Positions 61,901 to 64,000 of a stretch of 64,000 nt of DNA are shown here, piece by piece. Every line of letters starts with the position of its first letter. Position 1 is the first letter of the stretch. The notes below the pieces were generated by a model that worked only from the letters and a program-made list of their open reading frames with translations, ran no database searches and was not told where the DNA came from. The DNA is from Azolla caroliniana (Eukaryota; Plantae; Polypodiophyta), in assembly GCA_043228905.1 (NCBI GenBank), contig JBHGNT010000015.1, forward strand, positions 18,848,001 through 18,912,000. Reading direction: 5' to 3'. The position numbers and the translations under genes were made by a program.

Positions 61901-64000
61901 ACAGTACTCCGCGAACTGCCCCCGGTATTCCCCTCCGTTATCCGCTCGTATCGCTTTCAGCTTCTTGCCGGATTCCCTTTCCACTCTCGCGTGGAGTTCT
62001 TTGAAGACGCACAACACTTGGTCCTTTGTCTTCAACGGTGCCGTCCACAGCTTCCGGCTGTGGTCATCAATGAATGTCACGAAGTACTGGGCACCGCCAT
62101 GTGACTTCGTTTCTACTTGGCACACGTCAGTGTGCACCAACTCCAATGGTGCGCTACGTCTCGTCGGTGGCCTTGAGTGGAAGGAGGTTCGGTTCTGCTT
62201 ACCGGCCAGGCAATCGGTGCACTTCTCCAGGTGCACATGCTTCACTGGAATAAGGTTGTCTTCTGCAAGTCTCTTCATCCCCTTCTCACTCATGTGGCAC
62301 AGTCTCTTGTGCCACAGCTCACCGGCAGTGTCGGCTGCCACGTGCAACTCCTCCGGACACAACCAGGCATTCATAAGGTACAGTGTGTTGACTTTCCGGG
62401 CCCGAGCCACTATCAGGCTCCCCTTGCTGAACTTTATTACGTTGTTCCGGATGCTACCTGTGTAGCCTTCATCGTCTAGCCTCCCGGCCGAAATCAGGTT
62501 CAATCGAACCTCCGGAACGTGTCGGACATCCTTCAGCAGCATCTTGCATCCGGTTGATGTCATCAGCCACACGTCTCCTATGCCGGCAATCCGGCATGTA
62601 CCTTCATTTCCCATCCGGACACAGCCGTGCTCACCGGCTGTATAGGATGAGAAGTATTTCTTCTCCGGGGTCAGGTGGAACGACGCTCCGGAATCGACCA
62701 CCCAGGTCATCTCTTCACCGGCAAGGTTCAGCTCCCTCTCTTCGGTAATGAGCATTATCTCTTCTTCACTTGCCGCGAGTGCCGTCGTTCCTTTCCGGTC
62801 CTGCCCTCGCCGATCCGGACCTCTCCGGTCTGTGGCTCCCCGGTATGCACCGTTTCGCTCCGGTGACTTCTTCGAATCGGTACCGTCGGTTCCGTTGTCT
62901 TTCCGGAAATGCCGACAGTTCTTCTGGAAGTGCCCCGGCTTCCCACAGTAGAAGCATGTAGGTCTTCCCCTCGACTGTGACCGTGTCCCCGACTTCTCCC
63001 GTCTTTGCGGACTCCGGTTCCGTTGTCTTCCCCGTTCCGATTCGGTAAGCAGCGCCTTCGAGTCGGAGGCCGGTTCTTTATCTCTCCGACGCGCTTCTTC
63101 ATTTAGAATAAAGTTCTCTTCCTTACAGGAGGTGCTGAGAGTAACTACCAAGTTCTCCCAGCTCTCCGGAAGGGTACACATCAGCATGATGGCTTGCATT
63201 GCGTCATCCAACGGGAACTTGATCGCCGCAAGCTGGTTCACGAATCCCATGAACGTGCTGACGTGTTCGACCATGCTCTCGTCGTCCCGGTACTTAAGAT
63301 TCACTATCTTCCTCATCAGGGAGGTCCGGGTCAGAGCGTTCTTCCTCTCATACAGTCCGGACAGCTTCTGCCACATCTCATAGGCGTTCGTATCATTCGC
63401 CACATGTTGCAGAACACTTACATCGACATATTGCCGGATCGTCGCTACGGCTTTCCGGTTCAGGAGCTTCCACTCCGACTCTATTACCCCTTTGGGTATC
63501 TCGGCATTGTCGATCGGTTCGTACAGGTCTCGGACGATGAGAAGGTCTTCCATCTTTATCTTCCAGTCGGCGTAGTTCTGTGAGTTCAACACCATCATGC
63601 CCGGAGGCCCACTACCGCCGCCTTCCATTTTCTGTGTTACCGTTGCTCTGATACCACTTTGTTAAGCACAGTGCTCGGCCACAACCGAGGAATAGGATCA
63701 ACTCACAGAAAACGGGAAATACAAAATGCACGAAGACAATAGAGAGAAGAGTACACAGGATGTTTTACGTGGAAAACCCTAAATGGGAAAAACCACGGGA
63801 GTCCTCAAACTCCAACTATCACTATAAACAGAGATGTACAATGGTGAAGCTACAAGGCAACAACCTTGAGCTCACTGTCTTCGCCACAGGCAGCGGTAAT
63901 ACACAGAGGCAACGACCTCTTCGTCTCTCTCTCTCTCTCTCTCTCTCTCGGCTGCTCTCTTCACTCCCTCTAAGTGGAAAACAGAAAAATGAGCAACAAC
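58929..64000 (-). mobile_element. Young Ty1/Copia element A (Tnt1/Tork-like); 5' LTR runs off the window
   Basis: 3' LTR 58929-59568, PPT 59569-59580, PBS rc GCTCTGATACCA 63645-63656, 5' LTR from 63660; about 2 differences over the 341 comparable bp. Confidence 0.95.
59579..63628 (-). CDS. Copia Gag-Pol polyprotein, 1349 aa, uninterrupted
   Basis: CFYCGKPGHFQKNC, WVVDSGASFH, VHTDVC/RADNGGEY/NGLAER, LYVDD, FTDSD/TEAEY/YCDSQSA motifs all present. Confidence 0.95.
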   Translation of the reverse strand: MEGGGSGPPGMMVLNSQNYADWKIKMEDLLIVRDLYEPIDNAEIPKGVIESEWKLLNRKAVATIRQYVDVSVLQHVANDTNAYEMWQKLSGLYERKNALTRTSLMRKIVNLKYRDDESMVEHVSTFMGFVNQLAAIKFPLDDAMQAIMLMCTLPESWENLVVTLSTSCKEENFILNEEARRRDKEPASDSKALLTESERGRQRNRSPQRREKSGTRSQSRGRPTCFYCGKPGHFQKNCRHFRKDNGTDGTDSKKSPERNGAYRGATDRRGPDRRGQDRKGTTALAASEEEIMLITEERELNLAGEEMTWVVDSGASFHLTPEKKYFSSYTAGEHGCVRMGNEGTCRIAGIGDVWLMTSTGCKMLLKDVRHVPEVRLNLISAGRLDDEGYTGSIRNNVIKFSKGSLIVARARKVNTLYLMNAWLCPEELHVAADTAGELWHKRLCHMSEKGMKRLAEDNLIPVKHVHLEKCTDCLAGKQNRTSFHSRPPTRRSAPLELVHTDVCQVETKSHGGAQYFVTFIDDHSRKLWTAPLKTKDQVLCVFKELHARVERESGKKLKAIRADNGGEYRGQFAEYCRSKGIRLEFTVPKTPELNGLAERMNRTIMERVRSMLAHAKLPKGFWAEAMSTATYVINRSPSVPLDGDTPQRVWTGRKVSYRHLKVFGCLAYVHVAKDWRGKLDPKTRPCIFLGYGDDEFGYRVWDPVDKRIFRSRDIIFMEDKTLADWESEKKMKSSKSTGEDQLYEEQSRPARDRLALEDPAEDGEETEPAEEDETDTGTGPDPEMDSDEEETEEPVTEAPERRYPLRERRPPRRFPEPEHVLLTDEGEPESFEEAKLDTHSRRWLSAMQEEMDSLHENHTYELVELPKGKRALRNKWVFKLKPGDAGNPSRYKAKIVVKGFQQKKGVNFDEIFAPVVKMTSIRTVLSIAASMDLEVEQMDVKTTFLHGDLEEEIYMQQPEGFEKKGKEHLVCRLKKSLYGLKQAPRQWYRKFDSFMTDEGYHKTQSDHCVFVKKFEGGDFLILLLYVDDMLIVGRDQVKIRMLKKALHRTFSMKDLGPARQILGMHIIRDRKKKQLWLSQEKYVTKVLHRFNMSEARPVGSTLPANCKLSSKQSPKTKAEKEGMMKVPYASAVGSLMYAMVCTRPDIGYAVGVVSRYMSNPGKEHWNAAKWILRYLKGTANVCLRFGSGKPELDGFTDSDMSADADTSRSTSGYVMTYAGGAVSWQSRLQKTVALSTTEAEYMAAVEAGKEIIWMKDFIRELGIRQEEYRLYCDSQSAIHLAKNAAYHSRTKHIQRRYHWIRERIEDQEFVLTKIHTDENGSDMLTKVLTPDKLEACRKRVGLERHPMPK

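Noticed and set aside
57970-62465. Long plus-strand ORFs antisense to pol genes (e.g. 57970-58797, 61695-62465)
   Set aside because: Shadow ORFs caused by codon bias of the sense-strand pol.

Overview
Eukaryotic, land-plant-type genomic DNA. The retroelement types suggest a non-seed plant such as a fern, but that is inference. Most of the window is nested, mostly decayed transposable elements in three blocks (1-~25.4 kb, 34.5-42.9 kb, 43.4-64 kb). These surround an AT-rich island holding the only host gene, a two-exon DUF599-family membrane protein (30896-33747, +). Element boundaries were read from LTR termini, primer-binding sites (PBS), polypurine tracts (PPT) and target-site duplications (TSD). 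Elements: two chromodomain Ty3/Gypsy remnants; seven Ty1/Copia-type elements, including one intact 1349-aa Tnt1-like copy and one young gag-only derivative; four members of a Gypsy-type family (tRNA-Trp PBS seen in two, 4-bp TSD in two); a non-chromovirus Gypsy pol; a putatively Arg-primed gag element; solo LTRs; a non-autonomous hAT with tRNA-like repeats; and an internally primed L1 fragment. Most notable observations: (i) the Trp-primed family, whose complete copy lacks pol and whose insertion sites are centred on CpG; (ii) a Copia lineage with a duplicated PPT motif bracketing a variable charged Pol tail; (iii) an apparent capsid-domain swap between two otherwise close Tnt1-like elements; (iv) a ~560-bp target duplication around one Copia insertion. 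No rRNA, true tRNA or CRISPR was seen. All alignments were made by eye.
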